NCBI RefSeq assembly: GCF_000006765.1
Contig: NC_002516.2
Strand: one strand, 5' to 3'
Source of the DNA: Pseudomonas aeruginosa PAO1
GTDB lineage: Bacteria > Pseudomonadota > Gammaproteobacteria > Pseudomonadales > Pseudomonadaceae
DNA: 64,000 nucleotides
Shown here: piece by piece, positions 18,848 to 27,129 of the stretch
Layout of the letters: every line of letters begins with the position of its first letter
Numbering within the stretch: position 1 is the first letter of the stretch
Made by a program: the position numbers and the translations under genes
The notes under the pieces: generated by a model
What the model saw: the letters and a program-made list of their open reading frames with translations, nothing else
Databases searched by the model: none
What the model was told of the DNA's origin: nothing

Positions 18848-19789
18848 GTGCAACTTATGTCAATTCAAGCTCTGACTATCAACAGGCGGCAGGTACGTGT
18901 GGCCAGCCTGGTGACCGCTGTTCTATTTCTAGTGGTGTGTATCAGCTGGGGGACTACCTGGCTCGGCATCAAGATCGCCGTGGAGAGCGTGCCGCCGCTA
19001 ACTGCCGCCGGATTGCGCTTTCTGATCGCATTTCCGCTTTTCCTGCTCTTTGCGCGGCTGCGCCACGAGACGATCTTTTTCCCGCGGCGACTCCTGGCCT
19101 TCTTCGTCTTCGTGACGCTCGGCTACTTCAGCGTGCCCTACTACCTGCTGAACTATGGCGAGCAATACGTCGCTTCAGGTCTTACCGCGCTGCTGTTCAG
19201 CAGCATGCCCGTGTTCATCCTGATCTTCTCCGCGATCTTCCTGCGCGAGCGCATCTACCTGTCGCAGATCCTTGGTATTGCGATTGGCTTCGGCAGCCTG
19301 TTCATGATCATCAGGTCTCAAGGGCTGCATCTGGACTACACGGAGTTGTTAGGCGTACTTGCCATCCTGCTCGCGGCGATCATGCACGCACTCAGCTACG
19401 TCATCACCAAAAGGCAAGGTGCTGACATCGGCGTGATCACCTTCAATACGCTGCCCATTGGCATCGCCGGCTTGGGGCTGTTCATGGCCGGACTCGTGAT
19501 GGAACACCCGAACCTGTCTGCCGTCACAAGCCGATCTTGGGCTGCCCTGATCTATCTCGGTCTGGTGGCATCAGTCGGGGGATTCATCGTGTACTTCTTC
19601 CTGCTCAAGCGTTTGAGTCCCGTTGTGCTGTCGTTTGTCTTCATCATTTTCCCGGTGTTCGCCGTGATCATCGGCGCCTGGTACGAAGGGGTTGCCATCT
19701 CTCGCGAGTTGATTGGCTTCACCGTGCTCCTATTGGCTGGATTTGCCATCACCAAGCTTCCCATCGAGAAGCTGCTCGGCAGGAGGTGA
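18848..19789 (+). CDS. EamA/DMT-family exporter
   Basis: 10 TM segments; WGTTWLGIK, LNYGEQYVASGL, FPVFAVIIG; alternative start 18857. Confidence 0.88.
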   Translation: MQLMSIQALTINRRQVRVASLVTAVLFLVVCISWGTTWLGIKIAVESVPPLTAAGLRFLIAFPLFLLFARLRHETIFFPRRLLAFFVFVTLGYFSVPYYLLNYGEQYVASGLTALLFSSMPVFILIFSAIFLRERIYLSQILGIAIGFGSLFMIIRSQGLHLDYTELLGVLAILLAAIMHALSYVITKRQGADIGVITFNTLPIGIAGLGLFMAGLVMEHPNLSAVTSRSWAALIYLGLVASVGGFIVYFFLLKRLSPVVLSFVFIIFPVFAVIIGAWYEGVAISRELIGFTVLLLAGFAITKLPIEKLLGRR

Positions 19790-19790
19790 C

Positions 19791-20249
19791 ATGAATACGA
19801 ACGTGTTGACCGAGCATGCATTGAGCGTGATCTACAGACACGCCTGCAGGACCTATCCAAGGGAATGCTGCGGATTCGTTCTCGCCGATGCAAAAGTGAA
19901 AGAGGGTACGAACATCCAGGATGAACTGCACATGGCTGACCCCCGGAGGTACCCACGCACGGCCGCCAACGGGTACACGTTTTCCGTGACGGATACCGTA
20001 TTCCTCAACAGCAGCTTCAAGACGTGCAGCCCGGTATCCGTCATCTACCACTCCCACCCGGACGTCGGTGCCTACTTCAGCCGGGAGGATATCGACAAGG
20101 CATTGTATGCCGGGGAGCCAATGCTGCCGGTCGACTACCTGGTTGTTGATGTGGCCGCCGGCAACGTTCGCGGCGCAAAACTGTTTGCCTGGCGCAACGG
20201 ACGCTTTGAATGCACACGAGAGTTCGGGCCATCGAGCCAGGACGAGTAG
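19791..20249 (+). CDS. JAB/MPN+ (Mov34, Mec+-like) Zn metalloprotease
   Basis: YPRECCG glutamate and complete JAMM motif H-S-H-x7-S-x2-D (HSHPDVGAYFSRED); AGGAGG RBS. Confidence 0.9.
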   Translation: MNTNVLTEHALSVIYRHACRTYPRECCGFVLADAKVKEGTNIQDELHMADPRRYPRTAANGYTFSVTDTVFLNSSFKTCSPVSVIYHSHPDVGAYFSREDIDKALYAGEPMLPVDYLVVDVAAGNVRGAKLFAWRNGRFECTREFGPSSQDE

Positions 20250-20271
20250 ACATCTGGCAAGGAGCTGAAAA

Positions 20272-21690
20272 GTGAAGACGGTAATTTTTCCGGAAGTACT
20301 GGTACGGGCCGCCCAACTGGAAGGCGGGCGCCTGGAGGGAGCGGGCTTGACGGTTGGCGAGCTGCTGGCAGGCCTTGCCAGGAAGCATCCTTCATTACTC
20401 GGGCACCTGTATTACGAAAACGGTCAATTGAAAGAACACTTCCTGCTGACCCACAAAGGTTCGCTAGTCAATCTGGATGGCGAGCTTTCCGATGGAGATG
20501 AAGTCGAAGTCATGCTCGCGACATCTGGCGGTTCTGGCGTTGAAGCGTTGAGCGACGAAGAAGTTCAACGCTACGTTCGCCACATCACGTTGCCAGGCGT
20601 TGGCAGGGAAGGCCAGCAGCGCCTGAAGCAGGCCAGGGTGCTGATAATCGGAACGGGCGGCCTGGGTTCGCCCGCTTGCCTTTATCTGGCCGCAGCAGGA
20701 GTGGGCACCATCGGGCTGGTTGACTTTGACGTGGTGGAGTCGAGCAATCTCCAGCGCCAGGTCGTCCATGGCTATAGCACGCTCGGTATGCCGAAGGTTG
20801 AGTCCGCCCAGCGCCGGATGCAGGACCTGAACCCCTACATTGAAGTCGTAACCCACCGTTACGCCATCGACGCGGACAATGCGCAGTCACTGATTCAGAG
20901 CTATGACCTGGTATTGGATGGCACCGACAACTTCGCCACACGTTACTTGGTCAACGCGGTTTGCGCCAAGCTCGGAAAACCACTCGTCTTTGGCGCGATC
21001 TATCGGTTCGAAGGTCAGGTCAGCGTCTTCAATCTGGAGGGAGGCCCCTGCTACCAATGTCTCTTCCCGAACAATCCCCCGCCTGAGATGGCTCCAAGCT
21101 GTAACGCAGGGGGAGTTATTGGTGTGCTGCCTGGAGTGATTGGCCTGCTGCAGGCAACCGAGGCGGTGAAGGCCCTCGTCGGCCTGGGCAAGTCCCTATC
21201 AGGCAGACTTCTTCGATTCGACGCGCTGCTCATGCACTTCAATGAAGTGAAGTTCAATCGGCGCGACGATTGTCCGGCCTGCGGCAAAACCGCTGCAGAG
21301 AATCCCCGCCACTGGAGGGAGGGATTGCTCTGCCAGGCAAGCGCGGCACCGTCGCAACGACTCGACGACGATCGCTATATCGATCCCGGCTGCCTGTTGC
21401 AGTTGATGAAATCCAACAGCGAAAACTATGCCCTTCTGGATGTACGCGACGCGGGCGAGCTCGAAGTGTGCCAGTTGCCGGGGATCGTCCACGTTCCCTT
21501 GAACGAACTCGCCAGCCATTTCGCCAATCTCGACTTCAGTAAGCGCTACATCCTCGTGTGCTACGCCGGCACTCGTGCCGAACGCGCGGCCATACAGCTC
21601 ATGGGGGCAGGGTTCTCCAACGTCCAAGTGCTCGATGGCGGCATGAAGCGATGGGCGAAAGAGATAGAGCAGCACATGCCGATGTACTGA
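20272..21690 (+). CDS. Fusion of MoaD/ThiS/CysO-like ubiquitin-fold sulfur carrier + E1-like adenylyltransferase + rhodanese (MoeZ-like)
   Basis: N-terminal ~87 aa beta-grasp-like domain ending TSGG; GTGGLG, SNLQRQ, DGTDN, CYQC/CPAC Zn pairs, PSC; rhodanese LDVR...CYAGTRA. Confidence 0.88.
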   Translation: MKTVIFPEVLVRAAQLEGGRLEGAGLTVGELLAGLARKHPSLLGHLYYENGQLKEHFLLTHKGSLVNLDGELSDGDEVEVMLATSGGSGVEALSDEEVQRYVRHITLPGVGREGQQRLKQARVLIIGTGGLGSPACLYLAAAGVGTIGLVDFDVVESSNLQRQVVHGYSTLGMPKVESAQRRMQDLNPYIEVVTHRYAIDADNAQSLIQSYDLVLDGTDNFATRYLVNAVCAKLGKPLVFGAIYRFEGQVSVFNLEGGPCYQCLFPNNPPPEMAPSCNAGGVIGVLPGVIGLLQATEAVKALVGLGKSLSGRLLRFDALLMHFNEVKFNRRDDCPACGKTAAENPRHWREGLLCQASAAPSQRLDDDRYIDPGCLLQLMKSNSENYALLDVRDAGELEVCQLPGIVHVPLNELASHFANLDFSKRYILVCYAGTRAERAAIQLMGAGFSNVQVLDGGMKRWAKEIEQHMPMY

Positions 21691-21708
21691 ACCATAGGCA
21701 GGGAAAGC

Positions 21709-22626
21709 ATGATCTACGATTCGCTACTCGATTTAATTGGCGGGACGCCGGTGATACGGCTGAGCAAATTGTCTGCTCGCCTGGGGGTGAGCGTATTCGC
21801 CAAGCTGGAATCCTTCAATCCAGGAGGAAGTCATAAGGCGCGTATCGCGCTCTGGATGATTCTGGATGCCGAACGCAAAGGAATCCTGGTGCGCGGGAAA
21901 GGGCAGACCATTCTCGAGCCGAGCGGGGGAAATACGGGGATTGGACTGGCAATGGCGGGGAACATCCTGGGGTACCGCGTGTCCCTGGTGGTTCCCGACA
22001 ACTACAGCCCTGACAAGAGACAATTGCTCGAGCTGTATGGCGCTCACGTCGTGCTGTCGGATAGCAGAAAAGGGAACAACTCGCATGGCGAGCTGGCAAT
22101 CCAGATACTGCTGGAACATCCGGAGTTCGTCATGCTCAACCAGCAGCGCAATCCAGCCAACCCGCAAGCCCATCGCGAAGCTACAGCCCTGGAAATCCTG
22201 AGGGACTTTGCAGGCCAGCCACCCCCGGACTTCTTCTTCGCTGGCATTGGAACTGGTGGACATATCACGGGTGTTGGAGAGGTGCTGAGGAACCACTGGC
22301 CGGATATGGCCATCTATGGCGTGCAGCCAGAGCAGTGCGACTTGCTCGACGATAGGCACGCATCGCATGAGATTCAGGGACTTTCCATTGGTATCGTGCC
22401 GGAAGTCTGCAACCTCGGCATTGTTACTGGCATGGTCGGGGTGTCGAAATCTGCCTGCTTGTCGATGATCCGGGAAGTCCTGCAAAACGACTCTGTGAGC
22501 ATGGGGTTGTCCTCCGCAGCCAACCTGGTCGCGGTGCTGAACATGGCATCTGCCATGCCGTCAGGCGCTCGTGTACTGACGATGATCTACGATGGCGTCG
22601 AGTCATACATGGACGCTTTTCGATGA
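21709..22626 (+). CDS. PLP-dependent cysteine synthase family enzyme (CysM-like, divergent)
   Basis: AKLESFNPGGSHKAR PLP-Lys, GNTG, GIGTGG, RQLLELYGA. Confidence 0.88.
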   Translation: MIYDSLLDLIGGTPVIRLSKLSARLGVSVFAKLESFNPGGSHKARIALWMILDAERKGILVRGKGQTILEPSGGNTGIGLAMAGNILGYRVSLVVPDNYSPDKRQLLELYGAHVVLSDSRKGNNSHGELAIQILLEHPEFVMLNQQRNPANPQAHREATALEILRDFAGQPPPDFFFAGIGTGGHITGVGEVLRNHWPDMAIYGVQPEQCDLLDDRHASHEIQGLSIGIVPEVCNLGIVTGMVGVSKSACLSMIREVLQNDSVSMGLSSAANLVAVLNMASAMPSGARVLTMIYDGVESYMDAFR

Positions 22627-22659
22627 AGTTGTAGAGCAGAGCACGGCGATAACGCTTGC

Positions 22660-23403
22660 ATGGTCGAAATGAGGTCGCATGCGATGGACAAACTGGTAGG
22701 TAATCTGATGCGCGCGGCATTGATGGAGTGCTGCTCACCCCAACTGGTGGAGCGGATAGTCGCTCATTCGATGTTCGAAGAAGCCAGACGTTGGTGCGAG
22801 GAAGACCTGCAGGCATTCGCCAGCAAGGATCCAGCCGCACAGGGACGGACATCCGACATTGCGTTTGGCTACAGCTCGTTCAAGGCAGTGCTGCACTACC
22901 GGCTTTCCCACATGCTGTGTCTGCGAAGCACATCTGAAGGCGATCCTGAGAGAGCGTTGGAGGCTACCGCGCTCCTGGTCTCCTCTCGTGGAAAGCTCCT
23001 GTCGGGCGCGGAAATCCACCCAAGATGCAAGATTGGCAGTCGATTCATCCTGGACCATGGGCATGGCACGGTCATTGGCGAGACAGCGGTAATCGGTGAT
23101 GACTGTTACATCCTCGGAGGTGTGGTATTGGGGGCAACTGGCATATCGGCTAATCCCGCCGGTAAGCGTCACCCCACCATAGGGAGCCGCGTCCAAATCG
23201 GGGCCTTCACGCGTGTACTGGGTGACATCGCTATCGGCGACGATGTGTTTGTCGGTCCGCATTGTGTCATCAAGGACGACATCCCTGTCGGTTCAGTCGT
23301 AACCCTGCGTTCTGAACTACAGGTCATCCGAGGCCCCCACATAGTTCAGCAACTACAGCCGGCAGCCACGCAGACCCAAATTCAACCAATGGAGGCATCA
23401 TGA
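22660..23403 (+). CDS. Serine O-acetyltransferase-like hexapeptide acyltransferase
   Basis: AEIHPRCKIG, DHGHGTVIGETAVIG, KRHPTIG left-handed beta-helix motifs. Confidence 0.85.
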   Translation: MVEMRSHAMDKLVGNLMRAALMECCSPQLVERIVAHSMFEEARRWCEEDLQAFASKDPAAQGRTSDIAFGYSSFKAVLHYRLSHMLCLRSTSEGDPERALEATALLVSSRGKLLSGAEIHPRCKIGSRFILDHGHGTVIGETAVIGDDCYILGGVVLGATGISANPAGKRHPTIGSRVQIGAFTRVLGDIAIGDDVFVGPHCVIKDDIPVGSVVTLRSELQVIRGPHIVQQLQPAATQTQIQPMEAS

Positions 23404-24134
23404 CGCAGACCGCCTCCCTTTTTCTCCAGGACTCCTACCGGGAAGAGTGTTTGGCGAGAATCACCGATGTCGTTGAAGATGGCCTGCTGCTCGACCAGAC
23501 CGTTTTCTATCCCCAGGGGGGTGGCCAGGCTGGAGACAGTGGTTGGCTGACGCTGGCTGATGGCACGCGGCTCCGGATCGCCGATACACGCAAGGGGACA
23601 GAAGCAGGTGCTGGCAGGGATGCCATCCTGCATATCCCAGCTGAAGGCCAGGCAACCGTTCTCCGAGCAATGAAGCCTGGCGAGGTGGTTCTTGCGCAGA
23701 TCGATTGGGTGCGTCGTTACCGGCACATGCGACTGCATACCGCAGCGCACATGCTCTGTGCTGTCCTGCCCTATCCGGTCAATGGGTGCAGCATCACTGA
23801 TGAGCATGCGCGCCTGGACTTCGTGACGAGTGAACCGCTGTCCCGCGAGGCCATTGATAGCGCCTTGGCGGCAATGGTCGAGGCAGCACATCCGGTTTCG
23901 ATCGACACCATGAGCGACGATGCACTGCGGGCTAGGCCAGATCTGGTGCGCACCATGAGTGTCCAACCTCCGATGGGCGCCGGGCAGGTTCGGTTGGTGA
24001 GTATTAAAGACACCGACCTGCAGCCTTGCGGTGGAACCCATGTGGCGAATACCGAAGAAGTTGGGGTGGTGCGCGTTTCCAAGATGGAGAAGAAATCAGC
24101 GCGCACCCGTAGGGTGGTACTGGTACTGGGTTGA
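23400..24134 (+). CDS. AlaX (AlaXp-M) stand-alone alanyl-tRNA editing protein
   Basis: LDQTVFYPQGGGQAGD, MRLHTAAH (HxxxH) and QPCGGTH (CxxxH) Zn motifs; ATGA overlap. Confidence 0.9.
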   Translation: MTQTASLFLQDSYREECLARITDVVEDGLLLDQTVFYPQGGGQAGDSGWLTLADGTRLRIADTRKGTEAGAGRDAILHIPAEGQATVLRAMKPGEVVLAQIDWVRRYRHMRLHTAAHMLCAVLPYPVNGCSITDEHARLDFVTSEPLSREAIDSALAAMVEAAHPVSIDTMSDDALRARPDLVRTMSVQPPMGAGQVRLVSIKDTDLQPCGGTHVANTEEVGVVRVSKMEKKSARTRRVVLVLG

Positions 24135-24225
24135 GCGACTACCGTCGACATGGCCGTCGGTTTCCCATTCTACGCCACAGGTCACCCTCGCCACGCCCGG
24201 CAGCTCCATGCAATGCCAGAGGGCC

Positions 24226-24624
24226 TCAGGCCGGCAACAACGGCCGACAGGCTTCGACGAAGCGCCGGCAGGCACCCGCACATTCGCGCTCCAGCGGCTC
24301 GTCGCCATCGCAACGCTCGGCGCATGCCAGGGCATAGCGCGCCGCCAGCTCGCAGGCGGCCGGCGCCCATGGGCTGCGGCGCTCCAGCAGTAGGGCGGCG
24401 AGGCGGCAGAGGTCGGCGCAGTCGCCGGCGTGCTGGCGTTGTTCCCTGCTGGACTCGGTGCAGAGCGCCAGGTAGCGCTCGCACGCGCGGATGCAGGCCT
24501 GGGCTGCGAGCCGGCAGCGCTCTTCCGGCGCCTGGGCGGCGGCACCGCCGAGCAGGGCGTCGGCGTCGGTTTCCAGCAGGGAACCGGGGTCTTCGTTTCC
24601 GGGATCGTTGATGGCGCGGGTCAT
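24226..24624 (-). CDS. Cys-rich four-helix-bundle protein (DUF326 / Csp3-like copper storage)
   Basis: Repeated CxxxC and CxxC motifs in helical sequence; AGGAGG RBS. Confidence 0.7.
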   Translation of the reverse strand: MTRAINDPGNEDPGSLLETDADALLGGAAAQAPEERCRLAAQACIRACERYLALCTESSREQRQHAGDCADLCRLAALLLERRSPWAPAACELAARYALACAERCDGDEPLERECAGACRRFVEACRPLLPA

Positions 24625-24666
24625 GGCGGCACCTCCTGGCGATTGCGCCCATGCGGGCCCTGTCCC

Positions 24667-24694
24667 TTGGGCCGGTCGCCCGCGCCGACAGTTC
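24667..24694 (-). promoter_or_regulatory. Candidate AlgU/sigmaE-type promoter for the DUF326 gene
   Basis: GAACTG-N17-CCCAA on the minus strand. Confidence 0.4.
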
Positions 24695-24732
24695 AGTCGA
24701 TTTCGCCGTCGGCACCGCCGCTCGATTGCCTT

Positions 24733-24759
24733 GAACCCTCGCCTGCGGCGCCAGTCCCC
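24733..24759 (+). promoter_or_regulatory. Candidate AlgU/sigmaE-type promoter for the TPP enzyme gene
   Basis: GAACCC-N16-TCCCC. Confidence 0.4.
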
Positions 24760-24794
24760 ATTGGTACGACCCCAGACACGACCAGGAGGCGAGA

Positions 24795-26567
24795 ATGTCC
24801 AGCACGGTTGCCGATCAATTGCTCGAACGCTTGAGCCAGTGGGGGGTGAAGCGCGTCTTCGGCTACCCCGGCGATGGCATCAACGGGATCATGGGCGCCA
24901 TGGGCCGGCGCGCCGAGGCATTCGACTATATCCGCGTGCGCCACGAGGAGATGGCGGCCTTCATGGCCGGCGCCCACGCCAAGTTCACCGGAGAGGTCGG
25001 GGTGTGCCTGGCCACCTCGGGGCCGGGCGCGATCCACCTGCTGAACGGGCTCTACGACGCGCGCATGGATCATCAGCCGGTGCTGGCCATCGTCGGCCAG
25101 CAGGCGGCTACCGCGCTGGGCAGCGACTACCAGCAGGAAGTCGATCTGCAGAGCTTGTTCAAGGACGTTTCCGCCTATGTCGAGACCGTGGTCAGCCCGG
25201 CACAACTGCTCCATGTGCTGGACCGAGCCCTGCGCGTGGCGGTCGGCGAGCGGCAGGTGGCGACGGTGATCGTGCCCAACGACGTGCAACAGATGGCGGC
25301 CCCGAAGCGCCAGCCCCACGAGCACGGCCACGTGATGTCGGCGGTGGGCTTCGTCCAGCCGCGACCCTACGCGCGCGACGCCGACCTGGAGGCCGCCGCG
25401 GCGATCCTCAATCGCGGCCGGCGCGTGGCGATCCTCGCCGGTGCCGGGGCCCTGGGCGCGCACCGGCAACTGGAAGCGGTCGCCGAGCGCCTGGCCGCCG
25501 GAGTGGCCAAGGCGCTCCTGGGCAAGGCGGCGGTTTCCGACGACCTGCCGTACGTGACCGGCTCCATCGGCCTGCTCGGCACCCGCGCCAGCAGCATGCT
25601 GATGGAGCATTGCGACACCCTGCTGATCGTCGGCAGCACTTTCCCCTACAGCGAGTTCCTACCCAAGGCCGGCCAGGCGCGGGCGGTGCAGATCGACCTG
25701 TATCCGCGCAACATCGGTATCCGCTATCCGATCGACCAGGCCTTGCTCGGCGATGCAGGGGAAACCCTGGAGCGCCTGCTGCCGCTGCTCGAGCAGAAAA
25801 AGCACGGTGCCTGGCGCCGCCGGGTCGAGCGGGCGGTGACGGCCAGTCGCGAGGAAGCCCGGCGCCAGGCCGAAGAGCCAGCCGACCCGATCAACCCGCA
25901 GCGGGTATTCCGTTCCTTGTCGGAGCAACTGCCGGACGATGCGATTCTCTGCGGCGACAGCGGCTCGCATACCAACTGGTACGCCCGCGACATCCGCATG
26001 CGCCCGGGCATGCTCGGCTCGCTGTCGGGCAAGCTGGCGACCATGGGCAGCGGCGTGCCCTACGCCATCGCCGCCAAGCTCGCCTATCCGCAGCGGCCGG
26101 TGGTGGCGATGGTCGGCGACGGCGCCATGCAGATGAACGGCAACGCCGAACTGGTCACCGTGCAGCAGTACTGGCAGCGCTGGGACTCGCCGACCTTCAT
26201 CGTGCTGGTGCTGAACAACGGCGATCTCAACCAGGTGACCTGGGAGCAGCGTGCCCTGGCCGGCGATCCGGAGTTCAGCCCGGCGCAGGAAGTGATCGAT
26301 TTCCCCTACGCGCGTTATGCGGACATGCTCGGCTTCAAGGGCATCCGCGTGGATCGCCCGGAGGACATCGACGCCGCCTGGGCCGAGGCCTTCGCCGCCG
26401 ACCGCCCGGTGCTGCTGGAGGTGGTCACCGACCCGAACGTGCCGCCGCTGCCGCCGCACATCAGTTTCGAGCAGGCCAAGCACCTGCTTGGCGCCATGCT
26501 GCAGGACGATCCCAAGCGCTGGGGGGTGATTCGCCAGAGCGCCCGGCAGGTCCTCGCGCGGCACTGA
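24795..26567 (+). CDS. Thiamine pyrophosphate-requiring enzyme (pyruvate oxidase/decarboxylase family)
   Basis: FGYPGDGIN, RHEE, TSGPGAIHLLNGLYDA, TPP motif GDGAMQM...NN. Confidence 0.92.
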   Translation: MSSTVADQLLERLSQWGVKRVFGYPGDGINGIMGAMGRRAEAFDYIRVRHEEMAAFMAGAHAKFTGEVGVCLATSGPGAIHLLNGLYDARMDHQPVLAIVGQQAATALGSDYQQEVDLQSLFKDVSAYVETVVSPAQLLHVLDRALRVAVGERQVATVIVPNDVQQMAAPKRQPHEHGHVMSAVGFVQPRPYARDADLEAAAAILNRGRRVAILAGAGALGAHRQLEAVAERLAAGVAKALLGKAAVSDDLPYVTGSIGLLGTRASSMLMEHCDTLLIVGSTFPYSEFLPKAGQARAVQIDLYPRNIGIRYPIDQALLGDAGETLERLLPLLEQKKHGAWRRRVERAVTASREEARRQAEEPADPINPQRVFRSLSEQLPDDAILCGDSGSHTNWYARDIRMRPGMLGSLSGKLATMGSGVPYAIAAKLAYPQRPVVAMVGDGAMQMNGNAELVTVQQYWQRWDSPTFIVLVLNNGDLNQVTWEQRALAGDPEFSPAQEVIDFPYARYADMLGFKGIRVDRPEDIDAAWAEAFAADRPVLLEVVTDPNVPPLPPHISFEQAKHLLGAMLQDDPKRWGVIRQSARQVLARH

Positions 26568-26585
26568 GCAAGGCGGTCGCGGCGC

Positions 26586-27062
26586 TCAGTCGGCGCGGCC
26601 GCTACGCAACTGGTCGGCCAGTTCGCGGTGGTGGTAGAAGCGCGCCAGCCATTCGTCGGCGAAGCGGCGCAGGTCAGGATCGGCGGAGTCCCGGGCGATT
26701 CCCTCGAAGCGTGCAACCAGACGGTCCTGCTGGCGAATCTGCGCGTCGAGGAAACCGCGCTCGTCGAAGCCGCCGGGAGCGGCGGCCTGCCGTTCGGTCT
26801 GGCGCGGCGAGGGCAGCGCCAAGGCCTTTTCCCCGGCCAGGGCGCGTAACTGGTGGTCGAACTCCTGCTGTTCGGTGAGTACGCGCTTGGCATAGAGCTG
26901 CACCGCCTTGTTTTCGGATCGGCGCATGGCTTGCTCGGCTGCCTCCACCTGGGCCTGGCTGTCGGCCAGGCTGTCGGCGAGCAGGGCGCGGGTATCAGCG
27001 GGTTCGGCCTGGACGGCCAGGGGCAACAGCAGGGCGGCGATCAGTGACAGGCGACTGGGCAT
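26586..27062 (-). CDS. DUF4142-family exported protein
   Basis: Signal peptide (VQA|E), helical ferritin-like pattern similar to the ORF at 55536. Confidence 0.7.
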   Translation of the reverse strand: MPSRLSLIAALLLPLAVQAEPADTRALLADSLADSQAQVEAAEQAMRRSENKAVQLYAKRVLTEQQEFDHQLRALAGEKALALPSPRQTERQAAAPGGFDERGFLDAQIRQQDRLVARFEGIARDSADPDLRRFADEWLARFYHHRELADQLRSGRAD

Positions 27063-27091
27063 GGCGAACCTCCGGACGGGACGAGTGTGCG

Positions 27092-27118
27092 GTGGACGCT
27101 CGCCATACGGCGCCGTTC
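27092..27118 (-). promoter_or_regulatory. Candidate AlgU/sigmaE-type promoter for the DUF4142 gene
   Basis: GAACGG-N16-TCCAC preceded by a T-tract on the minus strand. Confidence 0.45.
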
Positions 27119-27129
27119 AAAAAAACCGC

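Larger units (their letters stand above)
17113..24225. mobile_element. Lower-GC accessory island lacking an integrase (7 genes)
   Basis: Abrupt, visible drop in GC3 and appearance of A/T-ending codons between the convergent 3' ends of two host-like genes; boundaries approximate. Confidence 0.75.

Noticed and set aside
19791-21690. JAB + E1 + Ubl read as an anti-phage ubiquitin-like conjugation system (CBASS Cap2/Cap3 or Bil type)
   Set aside because: No E2 domain or CD-NTase; the rhodanese domain and the cysteine-synthase/acetyltransferase neighbours indicate sulfur transfer
20272-21690. Ordinary molybdopterin or thiamine biosynthesis MoeB/ThiF
   Set aside because: No moaE/moaA or thiG nearby; the context is JAB and cysteine synthase
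17113-24225. Prophage, ICE or transposon origin for the island
   Set aside because: No integrase, transposase, tRNA or direct repeat found by eye; a computational repeat search could still reveal short att sites
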